DNA of 64,000 nucleotides, taken from assembly GCA_951406725.2 (NCBI GenBank), contig OX597817.1, positions 164,672,001 through 164,736,000 on the forward strand. Direction: 5' to 3'. Positions 12,528 to 24,870 of this stretch are shown here, piece by piece (the first letter of the stretch is position 1; each line of letters starts with the position of its first letter). The notes beneath the pieces are model-generated. The model made no database searches. It was not told where the DNA came from and was given only the letters and a program-made list of their open reading frames with translations. Position numbers and translations under genes: made by a program. The DNA comes from Octopus vulgaris. Lineage: Eukaryota.

Positions 12528-12782
12528 TCATCATCCTCATCATCATTGTTTAACGTCCACTTTCCATGCTAGCATGGGTTGGACGATTTTGACAGGGTTG
12601 GCGAACCAGATGGCTGCACCAGGCTCCAATCTTGATCTGGCAGAGTTTCTACAGCTGGATGCCATTCCTAACGCCAACCGCTCTGAGAGTGTAGTGGGTG
12701 CTTTTTATGTGCCACCGGCACAGGGCCAGTCAGGCGGTACTGGCAATGACCTCGCTTGAATCTTTTTACACATGCCACCGGC
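12528..12782 (-). mobile_element. RTE 3' tail fragment; others at about 19130-19447, 26806-27314, 30165-30330, 35398-35660, 36600-36847 and 42142-42510
   Basis: Shared CCATGCTAGCATGG terminal palindrome and (GAT)n tail. Confidence 0.85.
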
Positions 12783-13078
12783 AGAATAGTTTTGACAACT
12801 CCATAAAATATTTCCAACATTGTTAGGCCCAGCATTTGTGAGGAATGAAACTGACTTTTATAGTCTGTTGTTCATGTGAAGTAAAGGGATTCCCTGGCTA
12901 CATGTAGAAACATCTGTGTTAGACGAGACCAAACTGTCATAACTCTGTATGATGTTCCCCATTCAGGAAGAATATGAAAATCTACAGAAAGATTTTAGGA
13001 TGATGGGATGAAGTGTAGAATGTTATTGTCTGAGGAAAGGGCATTAAGAGACATGATAGTAAGCAAGCCATCAATGTA

Positions 13079-13645
13079 CTGGGTTGTCCGGAAAGTTTGT
13101 GCCGATTTATAGCAGCTTACCTTTCGACATATTTTAGAACATGGTTGGGTCCATAAAATAGGATTTGACTACACCTCCATTTAGAGCACAGTTTAAGCTA
13201 TCTTTTCATAGAAGAAGGTTTATGTTCCTATAACCTGTGTTAATTCTGTAACCCTTTAAATTGGAAGATAAGAAAGTTCATTTTTGGCACTTGATGCTTT
13301 GGGAACCAGACAAAAATTGCTGCAGCTTGGCTGGGATGTGTTACCCCACCCTCTATATTCACCAGATATTGCTCCTTTGGATTTCCACTTATTCAGTTCT
13401 CTGCAGAATAGTCTTAATGGTGAAAAATTTCAATTCCTTGGATGATGTAAAAAGATACCTTGATGAATTCCTTGCCATGAAACCACCTCAATTCTGGGAA
13501 GAGGGTATTTTCAAGTTAAAGGGAAGATGGAGATGCATTGTGCAACAAAATGGTTCATATTTGGTTGATTAAAAATGTAATGGCAAGTATTTATTGAACT
13601 TTTTCTTTCCTTTAAAAATCGGCACGAACTTTCCGGACAACCCAA
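13079..13645 (+). mobile_element. Internally deleted mariner element
   Basis: TIRs of about 30 bp (TGGGTTGTCCGGAAAGTT...), TA flanks, and remnant transposase C-terminus (HPLYSPDIAP, FWEEGIFKLKGRW). Confidence 0.9.
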
Positions 13646-13734
13646 TATTTTGTACTGGAAGGAATGATTGACCATACTCCTAGGTTTAGAGAAATCTCGA
13701 TCATCACATGTGAAAGAATGACTTTAAAGATTAA

Positions 13735-13954
13735 CCCTTTCGTTACCATATTTCTGTTGAGATGCTCTGTGTTTCTTTCATTTACTTTAAATATAACAAT
13801 GAATTTTGTAAAATAACTTCGTTATCATTAAGCTAGTGTTAGGAACATAAATTGTGACTAAGGTTTGGTGAAAGATTTTAATTCAAAACTTATGAAAACA
13901 AGACATTTGTACAAAGAGCCAGAGGCAGTTTCAGCCATGTTGGTAATGTAAGGG
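13735..13954 (+). mobile_element. piggyBac-type MITE, family 1
   Basis: TTAA|CCCTTTCGTTACCA ... TGGTAATGTAAGGG|TTAA. Confidence 0.85.
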
Positions 13955-14330
13955 TTAAAGTAGGAAGCTTTGCGAGGGCAAAAGATTTATAGATGTGAAT
14001 GTTGCTAATTTCACTGCTTCTAGAGTAGTACTATGATATTAAAGAATTAGCAAAGTCAGTAAAGCTGAAAAACAGAAAATATGACTGTGACTGAAGGAAG
14101 ATGAGATTTAGGTAATTACGAGTAATCAAAGGCATTTTTGTTTCCTGGATCATCATCTAGCTGGAGTTATGTTTCCAACATCACCAATTTTAAAGAATTA
14201 GAAAGAAAAATACACCAGCAGTACTTCAAATATTCACAGTGGGTTACTTCACACTTATCACAATCTAGCCTGACCTGTATTAAAACTATGATGCTTTACA
14301 AGTATCATATCCTGTCACTGACTGTGTATG

Positions 14331-14640
14331 TGGAGGCGGCACATGGCCTACTGGTTAGAGCAGTGGACTCACGGTCAAGGGATCGCGGGATCGAATCTCA
14401 GACCGGGCAATGTATGTGTTTATGAACGAAACACCTAAGCTCCACGCAGCTCTGGCAGAAGGTAATGGCGAACTTCTGCTGACTCTTTCGCCACAAATTT
14501 CTCTCACTCTTTCCTCCTGCATCTTGCAGCTCATCTGCGATGGACCAGTGTGTCGTCCAGGTGGGGAACCTATGTGTCAAGGAAACTGGGAAAGATTTAT
14601 CAAACTTAATCAGGCATGGCTCGAGAAGGAACAGACAAAT
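14331..14640 (+). mobile_element. tRNA-derived SINE (V-SINE-like body)
   Basis: A box TGGCCTACTGG and B box GGATCGAATC. Homologous to 15515-15808 in the opposite orientation. Confidence 0.75.
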
Positions 14641-14705
14641 AGACTGTGTATAAAACTCTAGTTTTGTGTGCTTTCGAATAATTCTTTATGATTTATCAAA
14701 CTTAA

Positions 14706-14937
14706 CCCTTTAGCATTTAAACCCGGCCATATCCGGCCATAAGTATTCTCCCTGTTTTATGTTCAAAATGGCCAGATCTGGTCTCTCACACCAACCCTAC
14801 AATATCATTTAAAAAATTAACAGCTACCTCATCAAAATCTCAAAGCTACAAGATAATACAAGAGCGAAAGTCGGAGGTTCAAGGCAATGTGGATGAAAAA
14901 ACCTTAATTTTGGTAGAATAATGCGAACACTAAAGGG
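14706..14937 (+). mobile_element. piggyBac-type MITE, family 2
   Basis: TTAA|CCCTTTAG ... CTAAAGGG|TTAA. Related copies at 26719-27441 and 58182-58367. Confidence 0.85.
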
Positions 14938-15514
14938 TTAATCAAGACCCACATTTTAGTGCTGCTTGCATTTGTGGGACGGTACTGTTGCTGCATGCAT
15001 TAACATCTTAGATTCTAAAAGTAGGCCTTCCTTTTAACTAGAAAATTTTCAATCTCCATAGACACATTGTTCCTTTTCTCCATTCATTCTGTTGCTACTG
15101 CCACAGCTTCTGATCCTCTGAACCAGCTTACTGCATACCTTCTTACACAACCCACCTGTCTTTTCCCCTCCTACTTTCCACAGTAAACACTTCACTCAAT
15201 TCTTTTATCCTTTTGGGATTTCCTTCTTGATCACGCTTTTCCTATAGATGTTTGATCAACTACATCAAACATCTTTGATTGACTACATCAATTTTGTGTG
15301 CCTTTTTTTTTTTTTTTTTGGTTTAACTCTTTTACTGTGAAACTCAGATATATCCACTCAAAATTTCACAACTCTTAACTGTGGAAATAAGTTTTATAAA
15401 CAAATCTATCTTTTGTTTAGAAATGTCATGCTTGAAGCAAATTTTTTGTTGAGATATGTCAAGTTTATTGAAGCAACATGACTAATGGAAAATACCAACT
15501 CTATTTTTCTTTTC

Positions 15515-15808
15515 TTTCTTCTTCGCCCGTTTCAAGCGTAGCCAGGCTCATGGGCCTGGTTTCCCAGTTTCTGTGGCGTATGCCCCCCACCCCCCAGCTG
15601 GACGGGATATCAGTCCATCACAGCGTTACTCAAGAAACAGGAAGAAAGAGTGAGAGAAAGTTGGGGCAGCCACCACCCCCTGCTGGAGCCTCATGTAGCT
15701 TTAGGTATTTTCGCTCAATAAACACACACAACACCCAGTCTGGGAATTGAAACCGCAATCCTCCGACCGTGAATCCGCTGCCCTAATCACTGGGCCATTG
15801 CGCCTCTA
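15515..15808 (-). mobile_element. tRNA-derived SINE, same family as 14331-14640
   Basis: tRNA-like head ending at 15808, shared body and (GAA)n-like tail. Confidence 0.75.
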
Positions 15809-16300
15809 CACTCTATTTTTGCTAGATATTAAATATCATTACTTGAATGACCATGAAATTTAATTTCATAGTGAAAAGGTTAATGGCTTATGGAAGCACC
15901 GACTCTTTTCAGAACCTCCTTGAATGGTGAGACAAATTATCTTCAGACCAGAGATCTACTCCAGCTAAAGGCACCTATGAACCTTTAGCAGAGTCCATTT
16001 ATCAAAGAATTTTGGCATTAGATTGAATAGATTAAGATTACATGTTTTGTTCATGGAGGCAAGCCCCTCCAACAACTTTTTGACTATTTAATTTTGAATA
16101 TAAGTGAAAATAATAAATTAAGACATCAACTGATAATTATCAAAGTGTGAAAGAGAGAACTGAGTATAAAAAAAAGAAAGAAAGAGGGAACAAAGATAGG
16201 AAGAGAAATTATTGGTGCACAACAGCACAAGTAAGCTTACTAAAAGTATAGAAGACTAGACACAAGACAACATTGAGTGAACACCAGTTAAACAATTTAC

Positions 16301-16326
16301 CTATTTTTCTTCAGTATTACAACAAT
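16301..16326 (-). CDS. SMIM29: 26-nt coding microexon (IVVILKKN-R) of the SMIM29-like gene
   Basis: Minus strand reads (T)10-ccag|ATTGTTGTAATACTGAAGAAAAATAG|gtaaat. Phase 0 entry matches the donor at 20637. It completes the TM helix and adds the basic stop-transfer motif. Confidence 0.75.
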
Positions 16327-16528
16327 CTGGAAAAAAAAAACAGATTTTAATGACCATACTGTTTCATAACTTAGAACCCATCAACAATCAATTTAAAGAT
16401 TTGTAACATAGCAAGGAATGTATTATAATGTATTTGGTTTATGGTTTACTGATGTTGGTTTCAAAATTTGGCACAATGCCAGCAATTTTGGGGAAGGTAT
16501 TTAGTTAATTACATTGATCTCACTACTT

Positions 16529-16786
16529 CAGGGTTGGTGAAAGCGATGTGGTGGACATGGTGGACAATGAAAAACCTGGCTGATGACAGTCAAGGTTGAT
16601 CTGGAACCCAACCTAGGTCCCCATGTCTACGGCGTTCGCCGCTGGAATAAAGAGTGGTTGGAGATCACGTGGTCGTTAGCCTCAAATCGCCAGGCCTGGT
16701 CAGCGTTTGTGAGAGATGCAGCATTGAGGATGAATGAAGCCAGCTCAACCCACCCCGGGTGAATGCTGTCAAGTCAAGTCAAGTCA
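16529..16786 (+). mobile_element. 3' end of a distinct RTE-type LINE with a (CAAGT)n tail, inserted in a SINE
   Basis: Translates to ...KTWLMTVKVDLEPNLGPHVYGVRRWNKEWL...NRQAWSAFVRDA. The flanks 16455-16528 and 16787-16935 are two halves of one SINE. Confidence 0.7.
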
Positions 16787-17336
16787 GTACTCAACTGGTA
16801 CTTTTATTTTATTGACCCTGAAAAGATGACAGGCAAAGTCAACCTAGATGGAATCTGAACTCAGAATGTAACGGAGGATGAAATACTGCTAAGCATTTTG
16901 CCCAACATGCCAACAATTCTGATGGTTTGCCTCCTTATTTGGTTTACTGATATTAATTTCAAAATTTTCCCATGATAGAACTAGTTTGCAGGCCTATGAA
17001 ATTCTTAATCTCCTTTAAGCTGGAGGTTTCTTCTAAGCCATTCATTTACCAATGAGAAGAATTTTTATCTTGACTAACTGAAACAAAGCGACAACTGTGT
17101 CCCACTGAATTAATGACAGGACTGAACTTTTGACTTTTATGCCAAAACACACAAAAATTTAGTTATCTGGTTCAATAAACCCATGACAAAGCCTTTGTTT
17201 TATCCCAGGTCAGCTCTAACCAAGCAGATCTGTGATCAGAAATGTTCCAGTTTTGACCATTGTATACTTTATTCTTTTCTTTTTAAGATAGTAGGTTGTA
17301 GTATGTGGTTTCATGGTTACAGTATTCAGCTCCTGA

Positions 17337-17570
17337 AAGGTGGCGAGCTGGCAGAAACGTTAGCATGCCGAGCGAAATGCTTAGTGGTATTTCGTCTGCC
17401 ACTATGTTCTGAGTTCAAATTGCGCCGAGGTCGACTTTGCCTTCCATCTTTTCAGGGTCGATTAAATAAGTACCAGTTATGCACTAGGGTCGATATAATC
17501 AACTTAATCTGTTTGTCTGTCCTTGTTTGTCCTCTCTGTGTTTAGCCCCTTGTGGGTAATAAAGAAATAG
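17337..17570 (+). mobile_element. tRNA-derived SINE with 15-bp TSD, inserted in the head of another SINE
   Basis: TSD GTATTCAGCTCCTGA at 17322-17336 and 17571-17585. Confidence 0.88.
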
Positions 17571-18003
17571 GTATTCAGCTCCTGATTGTAAGGTTGTGAG
17601 TTCATTTCCCGGTGATATGTTGCATCCTTGAGCAAGACACTTTATTTCATGTTGCTCCTGTCCACTCAGCCGGCAAAAATGAATATTTACATTCCACCAG
17701 CACAGGTGCCATTTGCAAGATACCAGTATCTGTCATGACTATGATTTCACTTGGTTTGATGGGTTTTCTTCTCAAGAATGGCATATTGCCAAAGGTCTCA
17801 GTCATTTGCCATAGCCTCCATGAGGCCCAACACTTCAAAGTGCTTTTCACGAGCTGCCAACACAAGTGTCAGTTATTCTTGTAGAATATGCTTGTTTGTA
17901 AATGTGGTTTTGGGTTCAGTTCTGTTGCACAACACCGTGGACAAACCAATACCTTGAGAGTGAATTTAACAGATGGAAACTGTGTGGAAGCCAGTTGTAT
18001 ATA

Positions 18004-18419
18004 ATTCTTTATTGCCCACAAGGGGCTAAACATAGAGGGGACAAACAAGGACAGACATAGGGATTAAGTCGATTACATTGACCCCAGTGCATAACTGGTA
18101 CTTATTTAATCGACCTCAAAAGGATGAAAGGCAAAGTCGACCTCGGTGGAATTTGAACTCAGAACGTAGTGGCAGACAAAATACCTAATTCTTTACTACC
18201 CACAAGGGGCTAAACACAGAGGGGACAAATAAGGACAGACACACGGACTAAGTCGATTACATCGACCCCAGTGCGTAACTGGTATTTAATTTATCGACCC
18301 CGAAAGGATGAAAGGCAAAGTTGACCTTGGCGGAATTTGAACTCAGAACGTAGCGGCAGACGAAATACCGCTAAGCATTTTGCCTGGCATGCTATCGATT
18401 CTGCCAGCTCGCCATCTTT
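18004..18419 (-). mobile_element. Tandem (dimeric) SINE with 16-bp TSD
   Basis: One full copy plus one headless copy. TSD AAGCCAGTTGTATATA at 17988-18003 and 18420-18435. Confidence 0.88.
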
Positions 18420-20636
18420 AAGCCAGTTGTATATATCATCATCCTCATCATTTTAATGTTCATTTTTCCCTGCTTGCATGGGTAAAATGGAGTTTATTGA
18501 GGCAGATTCTTTATGGCCAAATGCCCTTGCTGTTGCTAACAGTCACATGTTTCCAAATAAGGTGATATTTTCCCATGGCCAGATACATTCTCACAGAATA
18601 TTGGAAATGAGTGATACTGCTTGTATGACAGTGACACTCATTTACAGCTGTCCTGTGATGTCAAGACAAGGAGACACAAACACTCACATATACATACATG
18701 CATATATGTATGTATGTATGTACATACCTTAGGTAAGTTAAAATATGCTTGTGACATATTTCAACTTCTAAAGGCAAATTCACTGCTGTTATCAAGGAGT
18801 AAAAATTCTCTCTTATTGTAAAAAAAACTTAGAAACATCATATTTACCTAGTGCTTCCCCCTATCAGATTCCTAGAAGGCCATTTCTAGCTCTTTAGCCT
18901 TCATCAATGGGGAATACCGAAGAGAGATAACCCTGGAAACATTTAAAGCCATAGCTTTGATTAAAAGCAGTCAACACCAGTGACTGAGTTGTACTATCCA
19001 ACTCCCTGATCAGGATAAATATAATAGCATCAACACCAAGCAGTGATGAGGAACAAGCGAACTTTAGGCTAGTTAAAATAAATTCACTGCAGTTACCATG
19101 ATTTTCTGTTATGGTAAAAGGTGCAATTTAGCCTCATGGAGGCAAGGACTGAAACCATTTGGCATTATGCCATGCTTCAGAAGACCCATCATGCCAAGTA
19201 AAACTGCACTCACGGTAGATACCAGTGTCACGCAAATGGCACATGTGCTGGTGGCACATAAAAGCACCTATTATGCCCTTGGAGTGGTTGATGTTAGGAA
19301 GGGCACCCAGCTATAGAAACCATGCCAAAACAGACTGGAGTCTGGTACAGCCTTCCAGCTGCCAGCCCTGGTAAAACCATCCAACCCATGCCAGCATAGA
19401 CAATGGATGCTGAATGGTGATGATGATGATGGTGGTGATGATGATGACAGGCTTCTTTCAGTTTCTATCCACCAAATCCACTCACAAGGTATTGGTCTGG
19501 TTCAGCTATTGTAGAAGACACTTGTTCATGGTTCCATGCAATGAGCCTGAACCTGAAACCATGTGGTTGGCAGGCAAACTTCCTAACCATGCAGCAACAC
19601 CTGTGCCATTACATTGTCTGACAAAATTTTAATTTCTTTTTTGTCTTTCATCAGTAAATGTTATTTCCTACTTGCTTCTGTCTAGAGATCAAAGGAAATG
19701 ACCACTATTCTCTTCAAACTTTGCTTTTGTGACCTGGACATCAACGTTTTCAAACTGACCAATTTTCCATTACATTTCAGACAGATTCAGCACCAAGTTG
19801 CTGAAGCAGAAATATCATTATAGCAAATATTCTGCTCAATGCTACAGATTTCGCTTGTCAGTTGCTTGACCATAACCACTTAGGCATGTCCCTTAGTGAC
19901 TGACAATATGTACACCTCTGACCATAAGCAAAAAAAGTGGGGAAGCATCATAGCCATATGTTGAGAGGGATTCTTTGGGGTTTGAATGAATGTAAAAAAA
20001 ATGCAAAGTTTGAAGGAAATATTAGCCGCTGTTACCCAAGGACAAAAATCGTGTCACACAGTGTTATCTAATATATCATTTTTTAAAAACAGTAGAATAT
20101 GACTGAAAGAAATTTGGTCGCTCTTTCTAATAAGTTGAGTAATTGCACTAAGACTCTCTCATTGGTTTGTTTAAGTGATAGTTTTAATTCCTTCTGAATG
20201 GCAATCAGTGTTGTAACAATTTGGGATTTAGTTCATGTTTGGACGGCTGAATATTTGAGCTAATGTTCATAATATCACAGAGTGGCAAAATGACTGAGCT
20301 ATGAAACATTAACAACATTGTTATAGCTTGCATGAAACATTGCAGAATATGTAGAAAATAGGTGTATTATAGTAAGTAACAGCAATGTAGATAAAACATT
20401 AAATATATGAAAAATAACATGTATTAACAGAATGGTCATGTGATATATATATCACTCTTGTCTTTTAAAGCTTTTGAAAAGGAGTCTTTAACTCAAAATA
20501 TCAGGACTAATTACATATTTGTAAGGTAATATCTCAATATCTTAATGATATTTTTCCTATTTGATGTCCCATTTGCATTGCTATTACTTTCTATAACATA
20601 CTGATTACATATTAACAGTATAAATGCAGAACTTAC

Positions 20637-20873
20637 CAGAAAGATGACAAACCCAAGGAAAACAATTGCTCCAAGAGGCACTAAAATATATGCCCAGGTA
20701 TGTTTTCCTTCTAACTCAGTAGATATTGTGGAGGTACTGCTTGAAACTGTAGAGGTTGCATGTAATGTAGCCAATATGCTGGTCGGGGGACTTGGTTCCC
20801 TGATCACATAGTTAGTAGGGGGAGTCCCAGCTTGCTCAGCTGGGGCCTGAGCAGCTCCAAATTTTAGAGACAT
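20637..20873 (-). CDS. SMIM29: First coding exon of a small single-pass membrane protein (SMIM29-like)
   Basis: ATG in AAACAATG context with an upstream in-frame stop, an S/T/P-rich N-terminus, TM segment WAYILVPLGAIVFLGFVIFL and a strong donor CTG|GTAAGT at 20637/20636. The family call rests on recalled similarity to human SMIM29 (GYVLGPFFLITL...VMYVQKKKR) and was not searched. Confidence 0.7.
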
Positions 20874-21154
20874 TGTTTAAATGTAAAAGAAATTCAAAGT
20901 CATGGAGGAGTCAGAAGTGAAGTTGAGACATGTTGGAGATCAAAGTTAAGAGAGGAAAAGTTTCAATGTAACATTTATGCACTCAAGCTGAATCTGTGTT
21001 TGCTGTATAAATTAACTGCGTTGAACACATGCTGTATACTTCCTTGGACAACATTTGCTTGAACACCATCCTCCTTGCAGTGGGTTTGATAGTAAATGCA
21101 ATGTGTACACCAATGGATAATTACCTCAGAGAGTTTCAGAAGTTATCCTCACAT
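20874..21154 (-). other. Probable 5' UTR part of the same exon
   Basis: Unique sequence with acceptor aatttttcag|ATGTGAGG at 21155/21154. An alternative donor GAG|GTAATT exists at 21125. Confidence 0.5.
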
Positions 21155-21249
21155 CTGAAAAATTATATAAACTTAATGATAACACACATAACATAAATAT
21201 ATAATAAATATAACACATAACAAACATGTATGTATGTATGTATAGATGC

Positions 21250-21299
<50 letters not shown>

Positions 21300-21301
<2 letters not shown>

Positions 21302-22022
21302 CGTAAGATTTGAATGAAAATCAGAAAATGCGCAGATATGAAATTTGCTCATCACGTCTCTGTAACCAGATCGATCCATTTATTGACTGTATTGTAACTT
21401 GCGATGAAAAGTGGACTCTGTACAATAATAAAAAACGTTCTTTGCAGTGGTTGGACCAAAACGAAGCACTGAAATCTTCCCTAAACCTGAGCTCTTCATA
21501 AAGAAGGTTATGGTGACTGTTTGACTCATCCACTATAACTTCTTAAAACCCAGAAAAATCATTGCTTCAGAAACATATTGCTATGAAATTGCCAAAATGA
21601 ACGAAAAACTGCTGCTCCTCCATCCCAGACTGGTCAACAGAAGAGGGCCAATCATTCTTCAAGATAATGCTCAATCACATGTTTCACTAATGAGTGAGGG
21701 AACTTGGCTATGAAGTCCTTCCCCACCTAGCTTATTCCCCAGACTTTTCTCCTACTGACTACCACTTTTTCAAGCAACTTGATGATTTCCTGTGAGAGAA
21801 GGAATTAAAAAATCAAACAGATGGTGAAAGTGTGTTCAAAGAGTTCATCAGCTCCAGAAGTCCAGATTTTTATGTTACCAGAATAAACAAACTTGTAACT
21901 TGTTGGCAAAAATGTGTTGATTGTAATGGTACTTACTTTGATGAGTAAAATTTTCACATTGTTGAAATATATTGTGATGAATTTCATGTTTCAAAACGTT
22001 GCTTACTTTTTACTCAGCCTGG
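21300..22022 (+). mobile_element. mariner transposase relic with 3' end
   Basis: IVTCDEKW, ILQDNAQSH and YSPD..PTDYHFF motifs in broken frames. Ends in a TIR-like sequence plus TA. Confidence 0.85.
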
Positions 22023-22039
22023 TACATCTATGTACAGAC

Positions 22040-22079
<40 letters not shown>

Positions 22080-22082
<3 letters not shown>

Positions 22083-22413
22083 ACCCCCTTCGGTCATGAC
22101 ACAGACCATGGGATTGCACCTAGAAAGTTACCCTCCTAGACACAAATCCGGGCGAGGTTGTTTATGGAAGGCCAGCAGTCGCCCATGCATACCAGCCTCC
22201 CCTCTCCACGCCATCAGTGTTATCCAAGGGAAAATACAAAGGTCGATACAGCTTGGCACCAGTGATGGCGCAACTCATTTCTAAAGCTGAGTGAACTGGA
22301 GCAACGTGAAATAAAGTGCCTTGCTCAAGAACACAACACGCAGCCCGGTCCGGGATTCGAGCTCACAACCTCACGATCGTAAGCTCGACGCTCTAACCAC
22401 TGAGCCATGCGCC

Positions 22414-22417
<4 letters not shown>
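22080..22417 (-). mobile_element. tRNA-derived SINE; second copy at about 27540-27873
   Basis: A box TGGCTCAGTGG and B box GCTCGAATCCC. Flanked by (TA)n on both sides. Confidence 0.85.
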
Positions 22418-22453
<36 letters not shown>

Positions 22454-23410
22454 GCCTTCTGGCTTCATATATATAAATACGCATGATGATGATGATGATG
22501 ATACACACACACACACACAACAGGTTTTCTTTACTTTCTATCAACCAAATCCAATCACAAGACTTTGGTTGGCCTGAGACTATAGTAGAAAACACTTTCC
22601 CAAAGGTACTACACAGTAGGACTGAACCTGGAATTATGTGGTTGGGAAGCAAACTTCTTACCACACAGCCATGCCTGCACACTTTCAAGACAATATTGTT
22701 GACACAGAGACTCTGTATGTTGAAGTCTGTTGGGAATGTTTTAGGTGCAGTCTCATTTCTGTGGTACAGTGTATTCTACATGATTTGGGGGGTGTGCATT
22801 TGAACAAGATACAATGAAAATTATGGAATATGGAAAAGTAGGTGCAGTAGTTGGATTTAAGCAGAACAGCATTGTAATTAGAACAAAGACATGTGAAATT
22901 AACGACATTTTACTCATCATGGTGAAATAAATGTCTCATGTTCTATTTAGAACTCAAAGTTTAATTGACAGAGAGAGGAACAAAGTTCTAAAAAACAGAA
23001 AGATTTTATAGTATTTAATTACAATAACAAAGCTAGTTTACTAATTACTGCCAAATTATACAGCACCAAGTGGGTTTTAATTATAACAAAAGAGAAATAG
23101 CCCTTGGCTAAAATAACACCTAGATGATTCATAACAGGATATCTAGCACACTCAAACCACAATGTTCATAATTTTATATTCTTATTTGTTGTAAGCATTG
23201 TGTATGTTGGACATTATTATCCATTGTGTCCAAGACAGTAGTGAGTGATGGAGATTCGATTGTTGTTTAGAACAGGTTGAAAAAAAATCAGGTGGAAGCT
23301 TCCTCATTGGGTTACAGGATACATATGTATTATATATATATATATATATCATCATCATTTAACGTCCATTCTCCATGCTAGCATGGGTTGGAGACTAGCA
23401 TGGTTTGGAC

Positions 23411-23453
<43 letters not shown>

Positions 23454-24254
23454 GTTTATTTTTGTTATAATTACATTAAACTGATTACTCAGTATATATG
23501 TAGTAGAGTACAAATTTATTATTCTTAGACATGAAGCAGTGACTGTGACTTGGAAGTTTTGGCCAGCTAAGCCTTCACTGGATGCTGTGTGTTTGTGTGT
23601 GTGTGTGTATATATATATCATATCAAAGATAGAGACAAGAACCAACATCCCATGATGTAGGCTTGATAATTGCCGAGACTACTCTCAGCATGAAACCAAT
23701 GGTAGCCTTGTTGTTAACCCACAAATAAAGTATGTGTGTGTGAGTGTATGTATGTGTGTGTGTATACACATACACATACAAATCAAAATTATCAAACCAA
23801 CAGTATCAATTGTAATAAGTTAAACATCATTACATACATGTGTATGCCTTTATTATTTATTTAGGGGCCTTCGCACTAAGGATTCTAGTCTGAGTTTTGA
23901 AGAAATTCTAGGAAATGTGAGTACCTTATATACTTATAAAATGGAGTGTATACTTACATATAATAATTTGTGTCAACAATATTTGCCTTAAATACAAAAA
24001 CATACATACATTGTGTGTTGTTGCTCCAGGGGAATCTGACACATTTTGTTATTCCAAAATAGAGGTGCAGACATGGGTGTGAGGTCAAGAAGTTTGCTGC
24101 ATAACAATGTGGTTCTTGGTTCAATCTGACTACATGGCATTTTGGGAAAGTGTCTAACTTAGCCTCAGATTGACCAATATTTTGCGAATGTGATCAATGT
24201 GAACTGTGCCCGTTGTGTACATATGTATTTAGTGTACACATACACTATTTGCTA

Positions 24255-24870
24255 CTGATGCTTCATGGGGTTGGGGGTTGGGGTCAGTGGTCCCAGGGAC
24301 GTCATCATGCACAGAGCTGACCAAATCCACCAGTGCTCACCATTGCTAGTGGTCCTGTGCTAGACCCTCTGCATTCTCTAAGGTGATGTCGAGCCTTGGG
24401 AGAACTTCCTTAATCATATCTAGCCATCTGATATGGGACTTGGGACAAGGTCTCTTCTAGGCCGTAGCTGCTGTGTTAAATGAGAGTAAAGCCCTGGTAG
24501 GATGATCTAGCAAAAGACAGAGGACATGTTCGTACCAGCGCCTGCAATGGATAGCTATGAGGTAGGAGGTTGTGGCCTGATGTGTGCACACATGCATTTC
24601 TTTGTTGGAAACATGATGGTACCATCTGATATTCTCAGTGGTTCTCATGGCTTTACTATTGAACCCATCAATCTTCTTTGCCAGGGTCTTTGAGAATTTA
24701 CAAAGATGAGGTAAAAGATGTCTTGCAAACAACTTGCACATGCAAGTGCTACCAATCAAGAACTCTGCATACCGGAAGCCAGCAAGTTTATGGGGTCATC
24801 AGGAGAGAATGTGCGCCATTTTGGCGATGGCATCAATGTGCACCGGTCCCCCTCACTGATATGAGGCCCC
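24255..24870 (-). mobile_element. Decayed 3' fragment of an RTE-like LINE
   Basis: ORF 24457-24759 contains IRWYHHVSN...RRWYEHVL...DHPTRALL, typical of an RTE C-terminus. Confidence 0.6.

Noticed and set aside
20511-20636. C-terminal 41 aa of the 120-aa ORF
   Set aside because: It lies beyond a consensus GTAAGT donor in AT-rich sequence, so it is most likely intron read-through.
22340-22417. tRNA-like sequences (also 14331, 15808, 17337 and 6462)
   Set aside because: They have A and B boxes but no complete cloverleaf that I could fold, and each continues into a repeated SINE body.
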